A stretch of 64,000 nucleotides of DNA from an archaeon (GTDB lineage Archaea; Nanobdellota; Nanobdellia; Pacearchaeales; UBA284). Shown piece after piece: positions 17,683 to 26,606 of this stretch. The DNA is taken from assembly GCA_020343435.1 (NCBI GenBank), contig CP070794.1, positions 126,413-190,412 of the forward strand. The letters run 5' to 3'. The position numbers and the translations under genes are program-made. The notes beneath the pieces are model-generated. The model had not been told where the DNA came from and did no database searches. It was given only the letters and a program-made list of their open reading frames with translations. Position 1 is the stretch's first letter, and each line of letters starts with the position of its first letter.

Positions 17683-19293
17683 ATGGATTACCAAAAGAAA
17701 CTGAAAAAAAAGTATGGTGAAACATATCTTCGGGAAGTATTCAATGAGAGAGTCACAAAAATTTTAATTTTAGAAACATATAGGGGAACTATTTTTATTG
17801 AACTTTTCCATAAAGATATCCCTTTGATTAAAGATGTTATCTCTAGTGTTCTTTTGGGGGAACTTGATGGGATGGTATTTTACAATTGTAATCCTTACTT
17901 CTTACAATTAAGAAAAAGTGCTGAAGAAAAAAAGATGTCTGATAGGATTCTTAGACCCTACTTACAAAACATAAAGGGAACTGTTGGTTTGGTAAGTTCG
18001 AAAAGAAATGCACAGAAATCTTTACTAGATCATTTTTACATTTGTTTATCTGATGTTCCTGAAATCGATGGAGAATATACTATAATTGGAAAGGTGGTTC
18101 GTGGTTTTGATATTTTAACTAAGGTATGGAATGGTAATACTATAAGAAGAGCATACATAGAAAAAGGATTTGTTGGAAAAGAACCAACAATTAAGAGGTT
18201 GGGAGCACTATACTGGGTTGGTTTAGCAACAATTTTATTTTATGCGTTCTGGTTATTATCAAGAAATCTTGTTTCATTACAAAATTTCCAAAAATCTATT
18301 TTTGGAAGTGTTTTTACAGAAACGCTATCCAAAGGAAACGCGATATTTATTCTGATAGTGGGAATAATTCTGATAATCTTTGCTTTAACAGTAAGTGGAT
18401 TAAGTGCGAGAGTGAAAGTTGGAGAAACACCAACAGCCCTAAAAGAGAGAGACGAAGAGAAAAAGATGTTGATGAAAGTTAGAGAAAAGAGATTAAAGAT
18501 GATGGAGACGTTGAGAAAGAAAGAAAAAAGTAAAACCCCGGTTTTTAAGAAAGAAGTTAGAGAGGAAGATAAAGGAGGAAAAAGACTGGAAAAAGAGAAA
18601 AGAGAGATTGAAGAACTTAGAAAGAAGTTAGAGAGAGAAAAGAAAGAATTTGAGGAGCGTCTTAGAAAACAAAAAGTTCCTTCAAAAGCAGAATTAAGAG
18701 AATTAAGTAAAGGAAAGGAGGAAAAAGAGAGATTAAAGAAGGAGAGATTAAGACTAAGAGAAATAAAAGCTAAAAGAAAAGCTAAGGAAGAAGAGAAAAA
18801 GAGGAGAGAAGAAGAAAAGATTAAGATAAGAGAGGCTAAGATAAGAGAAAAGAAAGCTAGAGAAAAGGCAAGAGAAGACGCTAAGAAAAAAGCAGAGGAA
18901 GAAAGACAGAAGATTAAAGAGGCTAAGATAAGAGAAAAGAAAGAAAGGATTAAGAAGACTGTGAAAGAAAAGAATAAAGAAGAACAGAAAGAGAGGAAAA
19001 AGATGGTACAAGTAATGGAAAAACACATAGATACTAAAAAAGAGATTAAAAAGAAACTAAAAGAAGAAATTAAAAGAGAAGTATTACCAAGAATTGCTCA
19101 AAAAACTGAGACACAATTAGATATTTTATATGATCTTTTAGAAAAATATAAAACACTAAAATTAGATTATATTATGAAAACATTTGAGATTAGTAAAGAA
19201 GAAGCAATAGAGTGGTGTAATATTCTTGTTGAAAATGGTCTTGCTGAATTAAAATATCCTGCATTTGGAGAGCCCCTTTTAATTAAAAAATGA
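17683..19293 (+). CDS. Fusion protein: N-terminal cyclophilin-type PPIase-like domain, 2 TM helices, about 220-aa E/R/K-rich predicted single alpha-helix/coiled-coil region, and a C-terminal winged-helix-like domain
   Basis: TYRGTIFIELFHKDIPL.. and ..GEYTIIGKVVRGFDILTKV resemble cyclophilin motifs (..HvVFGkV.eGmdVv.ki). TM helices at aa about 172-195 and 220-240. Highly charged repeats (EKKAREKAREDAKKKAEEERQKIKEAKIREKK) from nt about 18430 to 19090. C-terminus ..LDILYDLLEKYKTLKLDYIMKTFEISKEEAIEWCNILVENGLAEL. Confidence 0.5.
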   Translation: MDYQKKLKKKYGETYLREVFNERVTKILILETYRGTIFIELFHKDIPLIKDVISSVLLGELDGMVFYNCNPYFLQLRKSAEEKKMSDRILRPYLQNIKGTVGLVSSKRNAQKSLLDHFYICLSDVPEIDGEYTIIGKVVRGFDILTKVWNGNTIRRAYIEKGFVGKEPTIKRLGALYWVGLATILFYAFWLLSRNLVSLQNFQKSIFGSVFTETLSKGNAIFILIVGIILIIFALTVSGLSARVKVGETPTALKERDEEKKMLMKVREKRLKMMETLRKKEKSKTPVFKKEVREEDKGGKRLEKEKREIEELRKKLEREKKEFEERLRKQKVPSKAELRELSKGKEEKERLKKERLRLREIKAKRKAKEEEKKRREEEKIKIREAKIREKKAREKAREDAKKKAEEERQKIKEAKIREKKERIKKTVKEKNKEEQKERKKMVQVMEKHIDTKKEIKKKLKEEIKREVLPRIAQKTETQLDILYDLLEKYKTLKLDYIMKTFEISKEEAIEWCNILVENGLAELKYPAFGEPLLIKK

Positions 19294-21083
19294 AAAAAAG
19301 AAAGATAAAATCAAGGACCAAGAAAAAAAAAGTGAAGAAAAGAAAAAAGTCTTTCCATGCTCTCTCTGTTCCAAAACCAACTTGGAAAAAACCAATAAAA
19401 GAAACACATGATAAACTTGGTTTTCCAAGTAAAACTGTAGAAATAAAAAAAGTGGGTTCTGTAGTGACAACCCCACAGACAGAAAAAGACAAAAAATTGG
19501 GTTTACCAACAAAGACAGATAAAGAAGAGATACAAGAAATAAAAACCAAGATCAAGGAAAGAATTCAAGTTCATGGAAAGATCATAAAAACATATGATAT
19601 TGATTCTAATAATGTTAAGGTAAAGATATCTATATTAGATACAGAAAAAGGACTATTCTACCAAATAAAAATTCCAGAAATATCTCGTCCAACTCGGGCA
19701 CTTTTAGAGAACATAAAACAAAAATTAATAGGCACTATTGAAATGGGGGCTTCTGAGATAACAGATATTAATGCTATAGAAAAACTAAAACAAAAATTAA
19801 TATCTCGTTCAAAAGACTTATTACAAAGATTCAAATCATCTAGGGATAACATAACTCTTTTAACAAGTATTCTAATTAATGAGATGTTGGGGTTAGGCAA
19901 TATAGAACTTTTAGTTGCAGATCCCCATTTAGAAGAAATAGTTATAGCATCTGCACAAGAACCTGTAAGAGTTTATCATAAAGAATTTGGTTGGTTGCCA
20001 ACGAACATTTATTTAGAAAACGAAAAACAAACTGAAAATTACTCTGCTATAATTGCAAGGCGTGTTGGAAGACAAATTACAACCCTAACTCCAATGTTGG
20101 ATGCTCACCTTGTAACTGGTGATCGTGTAAATGCTGTTTTATATCCTATATGTACAAGAGGGAATACAATAACAATTAGGAAATTTGCAAGAGAACCATG
20201 GACCATTGTGGATTTCATTAATAATAAGACTTGCAGTGCAGACGTTTTTGCGATGATATGGATGGCAATACAATATGAAATGAACATTCTATTTTCTGGT
20301 GGAACAGCCTCTGGAAAAACAACTATGTTGAACGTCTGCACTCCTTTCTTCCCAGCAAATCATAGAATTCTAAGTATTGAAGATACTAGAGAGTTGCAGT
20401 TACCAGAACACTTGTATTGGTCTCCATTAACAACAAGGTTACCAAATCCTGAAGGAAAGGGAGCAGTTACAATGTTGGATCTATTGGTTAATAGTTTAAG
20501 AATGAGGCCAGATAGGATAATTCTTGGAGAGGTAAGAAAACACGAAACAGCAGAAGTACTTTTTGAGGCAATGCATACTGGTCATAGTGTTTATTCTACA
20601 GTTCACGCAAATACATCTTCAGAAACAGTTGCTAGATTAGTAAATCCCCCAATTAGCATTCCTCCAAACTTGTTGAAAGCAGTAGACCTTAATGTTGTAA
20701 TGTTTAGAGAGAGGAGAAGAGGAATAAGAAGAGTCTTTCAATTAACAGAACTAATTCCAGATGAAACTGATAAAAACGGAGTAAAGCCAAATATCCTTTA
20801 TAGATGGGAACCAAGTTCAGATAAGATTATATCTCATGCTTCAACTTTAAGATTCTTTGAAGATATGTCAAGACATACTGGAATGAGTTTTTCTCAGATT
20901 AATAAAGATCTAAAAGAAAAAAAAGAATTTATAGAACATCTTGTGAAAAACAACATCAGAGAGATGAATAGTATAGGAAAAATGATTCAGGATTTCTATC
21001 TTAAAAAAGGAATAAAAGATATAAAAACCAAAAAACCTTCTAAAATTAAGAAAATTAAAAAGAAAAAGAGAAAAAAGAGGTAA
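19290..21083 (+). CDS. Type IV pilus / archaellum-type assembly ATPase (FlaI/ArlI-PilB-GspE-VirB11 superfamily)
   Basis: Walker A FSGGTASGKTTMLN, Asp/Glu boxes (..ILSIEDTRELQL..), His box (..ILGEVRKHE..) and a Lys-rich N-terminal extension. Its start overlaps the upstream gene. Confidence 0.85.
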   Translation: MKKRKIKSRTKKKKVKKRKKSFHALSVPKPTWKKPIKETHDKLGFPSKTVEIKKVGSVVTTPQTEKDKKLGLPTKTDKEEIQEIKTKIKERIQVHGKIIKTYDIDSNNVKVKISILDTEKGLFYQIKIPEISRPTRALLENIKQKLIGTIEMGASEITDINAIEKLKQKLISRSKDLLQRFKSSRDNITLLTSILINEMLGLGNIELLVADPHLEEIVIASAQEPVRVYHKEFGWLPTNIYLENEKQTENYSAIIARRVGRQITTLTPMLDAHLVTGDRVNAVLYPICTRGNTITIRKFAREPWTIVDFINNKTCSADVFAMIWMAIQYEMNILFSGGTASGKTTMLNVCTPFFPANHRILSIEDTRELQLPEHLYWSPLTTRLPNPEGKGAVTMLDLLVNSLRMRPDRIILGEVRKHETAEVLFEAMHTGHSVYSTVHANTSSETVARLVNPPISIPPNLLKAVDLNVVMFRERRRGIRRVFQLTELIPDETDKNGVKPNILYRWEPSSDKIISHASTLRFFEDMSRHTGMSFSQINKDLKEKKEFIEHLVKNNIREMNSIGKMIQDFYLKKGIKDIKTKKPSKIKKIKKKKRKKR

Positions 21084-21085
21084 AA

Positions 21086-21967
21086 ATGAAGTTAAGAATT
21101 CCATTTTCTTTTTATCCGCCAAAATTTTTGTATAGGTTCTCAAATGCTTTTCTATCAGTTGGTAAAAAGATGGTTTCTAAAAATAAGAATATGGAGCTAT
21201 ACTTCTCACAATCAGATTTCCCAATAAAACCTGAAAGATATATTGCTGCTTCTATTGCATCAACAATTCTTAATTTAATTATTTTCAGTTTAATCTTTAT
21301 AATAATTTTCAGAGCAGGAGGATCAAATCCTCTTTTTGGATTGCTTATCGGCATAGTAGTTGCAGGGTTCATGTATATGCAGCAATTAAATTATCCTAAG
21401 ATGATAATTTCTAAACGTATAAGAAACATTAATGTTAATATTCTTCCAGCAATCAGAGCTTTAATGATTCAATTAAATGCTGGAATTACATTCTTTAATG
21501 CTTTAAAAAATATAGCAAAAGGAAATTATGGAGTAATTTCAGAAGAATTCCAAAAAGCAATAAACTCTATGGAAGCTGGAGTTCCTGCAGTTGAAGCTCT
21601 TGAAAAAATTTCTAGAAACAATCCTTCGCTCTTCTTCAGAAGAGCTATTTGGCAGATAATAACTGGAATCCAAGTTGGAGCAGATATTTCAATAGTTCTT
21701 AAGGAAATTGTTCATTCATTAGTACAAGAACAAATGACAGAGATACAAGCATATGGAGGGAGGTTGTCTCCATTAGCTATGTTTTATATGGTTATCTCAA
21801 TTATATTCCCAGCATTAGGGATAACATTTTTGATGATATTATCTACATTTATACAAGGTCTTGGACAAAATTACCAGTTGATACTTTTCGGAATATTAGC
21901 ATTAGTTATTTTATTCCAGTTTATATTTTTGGGAATGATAAAATCAAGGAGGCCGCCACTGATATAA
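21086..21967 (+). CDS. Pilus assembly polytopic membrane protein, TadB/TadC (T2SS-F/FlaJ-like) half 1
   Basis: 293 aa with multiple TM segments and a cytoplasmic helical domain (..ALMIQLNAGITFFNALKNIAKG..) typical of the GspF/TadC repeat. It lies directly downstream of the ATPase. Confidence 0.65.
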   Translation: MKLRIPFSFYPPKFLYRFSNAFLSVGKKMVSKNKNMELYFSQSDFPIKPERYIAASIASTILNLIIFSLIFIIIFRAGGSNPLFGLLIGIVVAGFMYMQQLNYPKMIISKRIRNINVNILPAIRALMIQLNAGITFFNALKNIAKGNYGVISEEFQKAINSMEAGVPAVEALEKISRNNPSLFFRRAIWQIITGIQVGADISIVLKEIVHSLVQEQMTEIQAYGGRLSPLAMFYMVISIIFPALGITFLMILSTFIQGLGQNYQLILFGILALVILFQFIFLGMIKSRRPPLI

Positions 21968-21968
21968 A

Positions 21969-22934
21969 ATGAGATTATTTGCAAGATTTTCACCAAAGTT
22001 CACAGAAAAGATAGAAAAGCTAGTAGAATATGCTAATGTTAAAAAGAATCCTAGAGAACTTGCAGGGATGATTATTTTCATAAGTCTAGTAATTGCTGTA
22101 GTTGCGTTTGTAGCATTATTCTTGTTTGTTGGGTGGATATACTCCATTCCAGTAGCAGTTGTAATTTATTTTGTGGTTCCATTAATCTTCCAGTTAATGC
22201 TTGTTCTAAAAGCAGATAAAAGAGCTTCCCAAGCAGAAGAAGCACTACCAGATGCTTTGCAATTAATGGCAACAAACTTGAGAGCAGGATTAACAACAGA
22301 TAAAGCACTTTTAGTTTCAGCAAGAGAAGAGTTTGGGGTACTTAATGAAGAATTTAAGCGGGTTGCAAAAGAGATTGCTGTGGGAAAAGAGATAACAGAG
22401 TCATTAAAAAGAATGTCAGAAAGAATACATTCAGATCTTGTAGAAAGAACTTTAAGTCTAATAATTTTTGGAATAATTTCTGGAGGAGAATTAGCATCAT
22501 TACTCGAAGAATCTGCTGCAAGCCTAAGACAACAAAGTCTAACAAGAAAACAAATTCATGCAAGTGTCTTAATGTATACTATTTTCATAATTGTTGCAGT
22601 GGCAGCTATTTCTCCTCTACTCTTTGGATTAAGTTCTGTTCTTACAGAAACTATGCAAGAAACTATTGGATCTATAGAAGCTCCGCCTCCAGAAGTTACT
22701 TCTCAGGTTCCATTATCCATCTCGCCAGTAGACATAGATGTTGGTTTGATAAGGATATTTATAATAATACTATTAGTAGTAAGTGCTATCCTAAGTTCTC
22801 TGGTTTTAGGACTAATATCTAAAGGTAATGAAAAAGCGGGATTAAAATATATACCAATATTAATGATAATCTCTTTAGTGGTGTTCTTTGTAGTAAGAAC
22901 TGGAATTGTAAAACTTCTGGAGATGTTTTTCTAG
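21969..22934 (+). CDS. Pilus assembly polytopic membrane protein, TadC/FlaJ-like half 2
   Basis: 321 aa; a second GspF-like repeat (..LQLMATNLRAGLTTDKALLVSAREEFGVLNEEFKRVAKEIAVGKEITESLKRMSER..). Together with the previous gene it equals a split FlaJ. Confidence 0.65.
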   Translation: MRLFARFSPKFTEKIEKLVEYANVKKNPRELAGMIIFISLVIAVVAFVALFLFVGWIYSIPVAVVIYFVVPLIFQLMLVLKADKRASQAEEALPDALQLMATNLRAGLTTDKALLVSAREEFGVLNEEFKRVAKEIAVGKEITESLKRMSERIHSDLVERTLSLIIFGIISGGELASLLEESAASLRQQSLTRKQIHASVLMYTIFIIVAVAAISPLLFGLSSVLTETMQETIGSIEAPPPEVTSQVPLSISPVDIDVGLIRIFIIILLVVSAILSSLVLGLISKGNEKAGLKYIPILMIISLVVFFVVRTGIVKLLEMFF

Positions 22935-22973
22935 GACAGAAAAGAATTTAAATCTTAAAATAGAAAGAATAAC

Positions 22974-23732
22974 ATGGTAAAAAAGAAAAAAGGGGTAAAG
23001 AAGAAAGTTAAGAAGATAATTAAAAAAAATGAAAAGATAGAAACAGGGATCCCGGCTTTTGATAAGATTAGTAAGGGGGGATTTAATGAAGAATCTGTTA
23101 ATTTAATTGTTGGTGGAGCTGGAGCTGGTAAAACTATTTTTTCTATAAAATTCTTAATGGAAGGAATGATCAAAGGAGAAACTTGTCTGTACATTACTTT
23201 TGAGGAAAAGAAAGATGAATTATATAAGAACATGCTGTCTTTTGGATGGGATTTAGCAGATTATGAAAAAAAAGGTAAGTTTATCTTTGTGGAATATACT
23301 CCTGAGAAAGTTAGAAAAATGCTTCAAGAAGGTGGGGGGGCTTTAGAAAGTCTTATGTACAGTAAAAAAATAAGTAGGCTTGTGATAGATAGTGTAACTT
23401 CCTTTACCCTACTTTTTGAAGGGGAATTGGCAAAAAGAGAGGCAGCTCTTTCATTATTTGATATGACTAGAAGATGGAAAACAACTGTATTACTAACGTC
23501 AGAAAGAGAATTAACAAAAAAAGATTTAACATCTGGGACAAGTTCAGCTCTAGAATTCGAAGCAGATTCTATAATATTACTTTATTTCTTAAGAGAGGGC
23601 GGGGAAAGAAAGAGGTTGATAGAAGTCCTTAAAATGAGAGGAACCCAACACTCTAAAAGCCTTTATCCTTTTCAAATAACTAGTAAGGGTGTTGAGATAA
23701 GTAGTAAAGCTAAGAAAATAAATCTAAAATAA
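22974..23732 (+). CDS. KaiC/RecA-superfamily ATPase, FlaH(ArlH)-like
   Basis: GIPAFDKISKGGFNEESVNLIVGGAGAGKT (Walker A) and ..LYITFEE.. match the KaiC-like domain. The 252-aa single domain and position next to the pilus ATPase and membrane genes mirror FlaH. Confidence 0.7.
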   Translation: MVKKKKGVKKKVKKIIKKNEKIETGIPAFDKISKGGFNEESVNLIVGGAGAGKTIFSIKFLMEGMIKGETCLYITFEEKKDELYKNMLSFGWDLADYEKKGKFIFVEYTPEKVRKMLQEGGGALESLMYSKKISRLVIDSVTSFTLLFEGELAKREAALSLFDMTRRWKTTVLLTSERELTKKDLTSGTSSALEFEADSIILLYFLREGGERKRLIEVLKMRGTQHSKSLYPFQITSKGVEISSKAKKINLK

Positions 23733-24137
23733 TCAAACATCAACCACACATTCTACAATCCAACTCTTTTTTTTGTAAATTTTTAACCCAGAATAAGTTG
23801 CTGCCTTAACTTCTGTTCTTAATTGATGTTCTTTTTTTATTTTTTCTCCAAAAGCAAAACCTTGTAATTTGTTTTTATCTAATCTAGTTATCTTAAATTT
23901 TGAGAACAACATATTTTTCAAAGAGGATTGGCTTAGTAAGGCATTTAACCATTCAATAAAGAGTTCTTCCTTATTTTCTGCTTTACAAGAAATCTTAATT
24001 TTTTTGGAAGCTTTAATTTTTTTTATGTTTGCTTGAACAGAAAACATAGCTTTCGCAGCTTCTGTAAAAGCTTCTTTTACAGTTTTTCCCTTACCTCTAA
24101 TTCCAATGTCTGCTTTATGTTCAAAAGTTTCATGCAT
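23733..24137 (-). CDS. Archease (RtcB tRNA-ligase cofactor)
   Basis: Begins MHETFEHKADIGIRGKGKTVKEAFTEAAKAMF.., the archease signature (FxHTADxGxxxxGxxxEE.F..AA). Size 134 aa. Confidence 0.8.
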   Translation of the reverse strand: MHETFEHKADIGIRGKGKTVKEAFTEAAKAMFSVQANIKKIKASKKIKISCKAENKEELFIEWLNALLSQSSLKNMLFSKFKITRLDKNKLQGFAFGEKIKKEHQLRTEVKAATYSGLKIYKKKSWIVECVVDV

Positions 24138-24138
24138 T

Positions 24139-24507
24139 TTAATCTCTTAACCAAACATATGCTATAAATTTTTGGGTGTTTCCACTTTCCCAAACAAAAA
24201 AAGTTGAAGAACCAATTTCTTTTTCTAAGTTGGGAGGACTACATTTAGGATCACATTTTCTTATAGAGACGTCAAACCTTGTATGATTTATTTTTTCTTT
24301 TAATTTGGAATTTAAATCTTCAACATTTGTTAATAAAGATCCTCTCTCAGTAGTTGTCGCTTCTTCAACAACATAATCTAAAACAGAACTTGTATCTATA
24401 GATGTACTCCCTGGTTGTCTTGACATAGATATGAATAAAAAACTAAACATGATTAGAACTGCTATAACAACTTCTATAACTAAAAGCCAACCTTTTTTAT
24501 TCACCAT
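24139..24507 (-). CDS. Pilin-like small protein (KKG|WLLVIEVVIAVLIMF), 122 aa
   Basis: The N-terminus closely resembles the bacterial/archaeal type IV pilin G|FTLIEVVIA consensus. It overlaps the upstream gene and is downstream of the DUF87 ATPase. Confidence 0.45.
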   Translation of the reverse strand: MVNKKGWLLVIEVVIAVLIMFSFLFISMSRQPGSTSIDTSSVLDYVVEEATTTERGSLLTNVEDLNSKLKEKINHTRFDVSIRKCDPKCSPPNLEKEIGSSTFFVWESGNTQKFIAYVWLRD

Positions 24508-25190
24508 ATTCTCATATTCACCAATGCTTCCTGAACATTGGCATTTTCATCTATTATTTTAATTTTGAATTCTTTAGCATAAACTCTAACATCAAATGGC
24601 TCAAATTCTGTAATATTAAACAAAATTTCTTCTCCTTGTTTGATTATAATTGAAAAATCTCTATCAAAACCAAGTTGTTTTCTGAATTCTCTGTAATCTT
24701 TGGAATAATTCTCCCTAAACTCTTCTAATTTATCATAAAAAACAAATTCTTCTTCTTTGATAAAGGAATAGCTGTAATCTTCAGTTGGATCACATGTTGG
24801 TCCTGAAGAAACACTCTCAAAGTATTCTGAAAAGAATAAACTATATTTACCAGAACCATGGCTCCCTACATGAATATTATTGCTTGAATCAAAATTAAAA
24901 TCAATAACAGAACCCCCTTCTTTGATAATCAAATTATCCGGAGAACCCTGAAAATTAGTATTAAAAGGAACATTAAAACAAGTTTTAGTAGTGGTAATTG
25001 TAAGATTAGCTATTTTAACTGGAATCTCTGTTCTTTCTCTAAATTCTTTTTCTAGAAGAAGAAAAGAATTACCTTCATTAGATCTTAAAGAAAAATGTGA
25101 GATATATAAAACAGCCAAAACACATATAATAAATATACTTACAGCAATTACATATTCTACATGATGAACACCTTTTTTATTTTTCATCAT
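24501..25190 (-). CDS. Pilin-like protein (NKKG|VHHVEYVIAVSIFIICVLAV), 229 aa
   Basis: Class-III-like N-terminus, then a beta-rich extracellular domain. It overlaps the DUF87 ATPase gene (25187). Confidence 0.45.
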   Translation of the reverse strand: MMKNKKGVHHVEYVIAVSIFIICVLAVLYISHFSLRSNEGNSFLLLEKEFRERTEIPVKIANLTITTTKTCFNVPFNTNFQGSPDNLIIKEGGSVIDFNFDSSNNIHVGSHGSGKYSLFFSEYFESVSSGPTCDPTEDYSYSFIKEEEFVFYDKLEEFRENYSKDYREFRKQLGFDRDFSIIIKQGEEILFNITEFEPFDVRVYAKEFKIKIIDENANVQEALVNMRIW

Positions 25191-26515
25191 AATCTTTTTT
25201 TGATTTTTATAGCAGTAGGAGCTTCACCACCATGCCATGTAAATCTTGGCCTAACTCTCATAGGATAAATTCTTTCAGAATTATCATCTAAAATTATTGC
25301 TGATCCTTTAAGTCTTGGTAAATTATCAATATATGTTTTAATATCTGCAGCCAGATAGCTCTGCATAATGTAATTCAAAGCATCAACATCTGGTTTAGCT
25401 GTAACTCTGTGAGATATGACTACATCAGATTGAGTCATAACATCTTTATGAATCTGTCCTGGTTGTTGGGTTGCTAAGACCAAGGAAATACCTGGTTGTC
25501 TTCCTTCTCTTAAAATTTGAATTAAAGCGTCTGTTGCAGCTGTTTTTCCTTCAACTGGTAAGAATTCGTGAGCTTCATCTATAGCCATCCAAACTAATGG
25601 CATCTCTCTTTTCTCTTTATAATGTAAGTAATCTAAACCATGTCTTACTCCTTCAACTTCCTCATGTTTTCTTGCTTCCATTCTTTGATTAAATATTTTT
25701 TTAGAAACTAATCCTATTACTAAAGCCCTAACATTGAAAGATCCAATACTGCTATAACAACTTAAATCTAAAATTGTTGTACTCCCTGCCTTAACTAACT
25801 CTTCAACTTTGGTCCCTTCTTCTTTTTTTGGTGCAAAAACTCCCCAAGTATCTGCTCCTTCAAATAAGTTTATAGCAGCATCTTTTTCATGTTTAGCAGC
25901 ACGAGTATCTTTTTGTATAGCTTTAACAATATCTTTTATATCAAAATCTCTAATTCTATTGTTTTCTAGTTCATCTAACAATAATTGAACATTTCTTTCA
26001 ACAACAAGTGCAACAGGATCTATGAATTCCAATCCAAAAGTAATAATCCAATCATCTATACTAATATCAGAGACTTTTAATGCAAATGGTTTGGTTGCAA
26101 CAATTCCTTTTTCTTTGTATTTTTTAAAATAACCAAAAGGGACATAAACTTTAACAGGCAATTTTTTAGAGTCTATCCCCCATTGTTTTAACAATGCAGC
26201 TTCTTTTTCATTTTTATGAGACATTGTCCAGAAGATTCCCATAGTATCAAAAATTAAGAAAGATAAATTTTGTGAGATTTCTTTATCTAAATCTGCTAAT
26301 TCTTCTGCAATAACCCCAATTGAATAAGATTTTCCTGAACCTCTTTTACCAGCTATTAGGATTACATGACTTCTGGCAATATCCACAAGAACCCGATTAC
26401 TTAAACTAGTAACATGCCCCATTTTAACATAATGTTTTCCTAAATAGATCAAAGCTTCTTTACCAAATCTCTTTTTATCTGCCTCATCTCTACCAATAAC
26501 AATATCTTCTGGCAT
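25187..26515 (-). CDS. DUF87 / HerA-FtsK-VirB4-like P-loop ATPase
   Basis: Walker A ILIAGKRGSGKSYSIG, Walker B WMAIDEAHEFL and a ..LVLATQQPGQI.. motif (the TQRP-like motif of HerA/FtsK/TraG families). 442 aa. First gene of a three-gene operon with two pilin-like proteins. Confidence 0.7.
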   Translation of the reverse strand: MPEDIVIGRDEADKKRFGKEALIYLGKHYVKMGHVTSLSNRVLVDIARSHVILIAGKRGSGKSYSIGVIAEELADLDKEISQNLSFLIFDTMGIFWTMSHKNEKEAALLKQWGIDSKKLPVKVYVPFGYFKKYKEKGIVATKPFALKVSDISIDDWIITFGLEFIDPVALVVERNVQLLLDELENNRIRDFDIKDIVKAIQKDTRAAKHEKDAAINLFEGADTWGVFAPKKEEGTKVEELVKAGSTTILDLSCYSSIGSFNVRALVIGLVSKKIFNQRMEARKHEEVEGVRHGLDYLHYKEKREMPLVWMAIDEAHEFLPVEGKTAATDALIQILREGRQPGISLVLATQQPGQIHKDVMTQSDVVISHRVTAKPDVDALNYIMQSYLAADIKTYIDNLPRLKGSAIILDDNSERIYPMRVRPRFTWHGGEAPTAIKIKKRL

Positions 26516-26606
26516 TTCATACCTCTTTTTACCTCTATAAAAAACACAACTAACTTATAAATCTTGCGAACAAAAGATTTATAAGCCAGGAGTTCCTGAA
26601 GTAAAA

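Noticed and set aside
18400-19100. Short direct repeats (aagataagagaaaagaaag...) that might suggest a CRISPR or tandem repeat array
   Set aside because: The repeats are in-frame coding repeats of an ER/K-rich protein segment, with no spacer-repeat regularity. No CRISPR array or cas gene is present anywhere in the window.
18240-19555. Several long antisense ORFs (18240..19028, 18754..19026, 19279..19555) full of F/L/S
   Set aside because: They are reverse-strand shadows of the K/E/R-rich coding repeat (AAG/GAA-rich sense strand gives TTC/CTT antisense). They lie inside a well-supported gene.
19290-23732. Interpreting the FlaI/FlaJ/FlaH-like genes as an archaellum (motility) operon
   Set aside because: No archaellin (FlaB) N-terminal domain proteins and no FlaF/FlaG/FlaCDE/FlaX-like genes are present. 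The adjacent class III proteins are adhesin-type, so an adhesive pilus is more likely.
22974-23732. KaiC-like protein as a circadian clock component
   Set aside because: It is a single-domain 252-aa protein, whereas KaiC is double-domain and about 500 aa. Its position next to the pilus ATPase points to a FlaH-like role.
25187-26515. DUF87 ATPase as the missing HerA partner of Mre11/Rad50
   Set aside because: It is 14 kb away on the other side of the pilus locus, has no adjacent NurA, and its N-terminal region before the Walker A is too short for a HerA HAS-barrel. It is co-operonic with pilin-like proteins instead.
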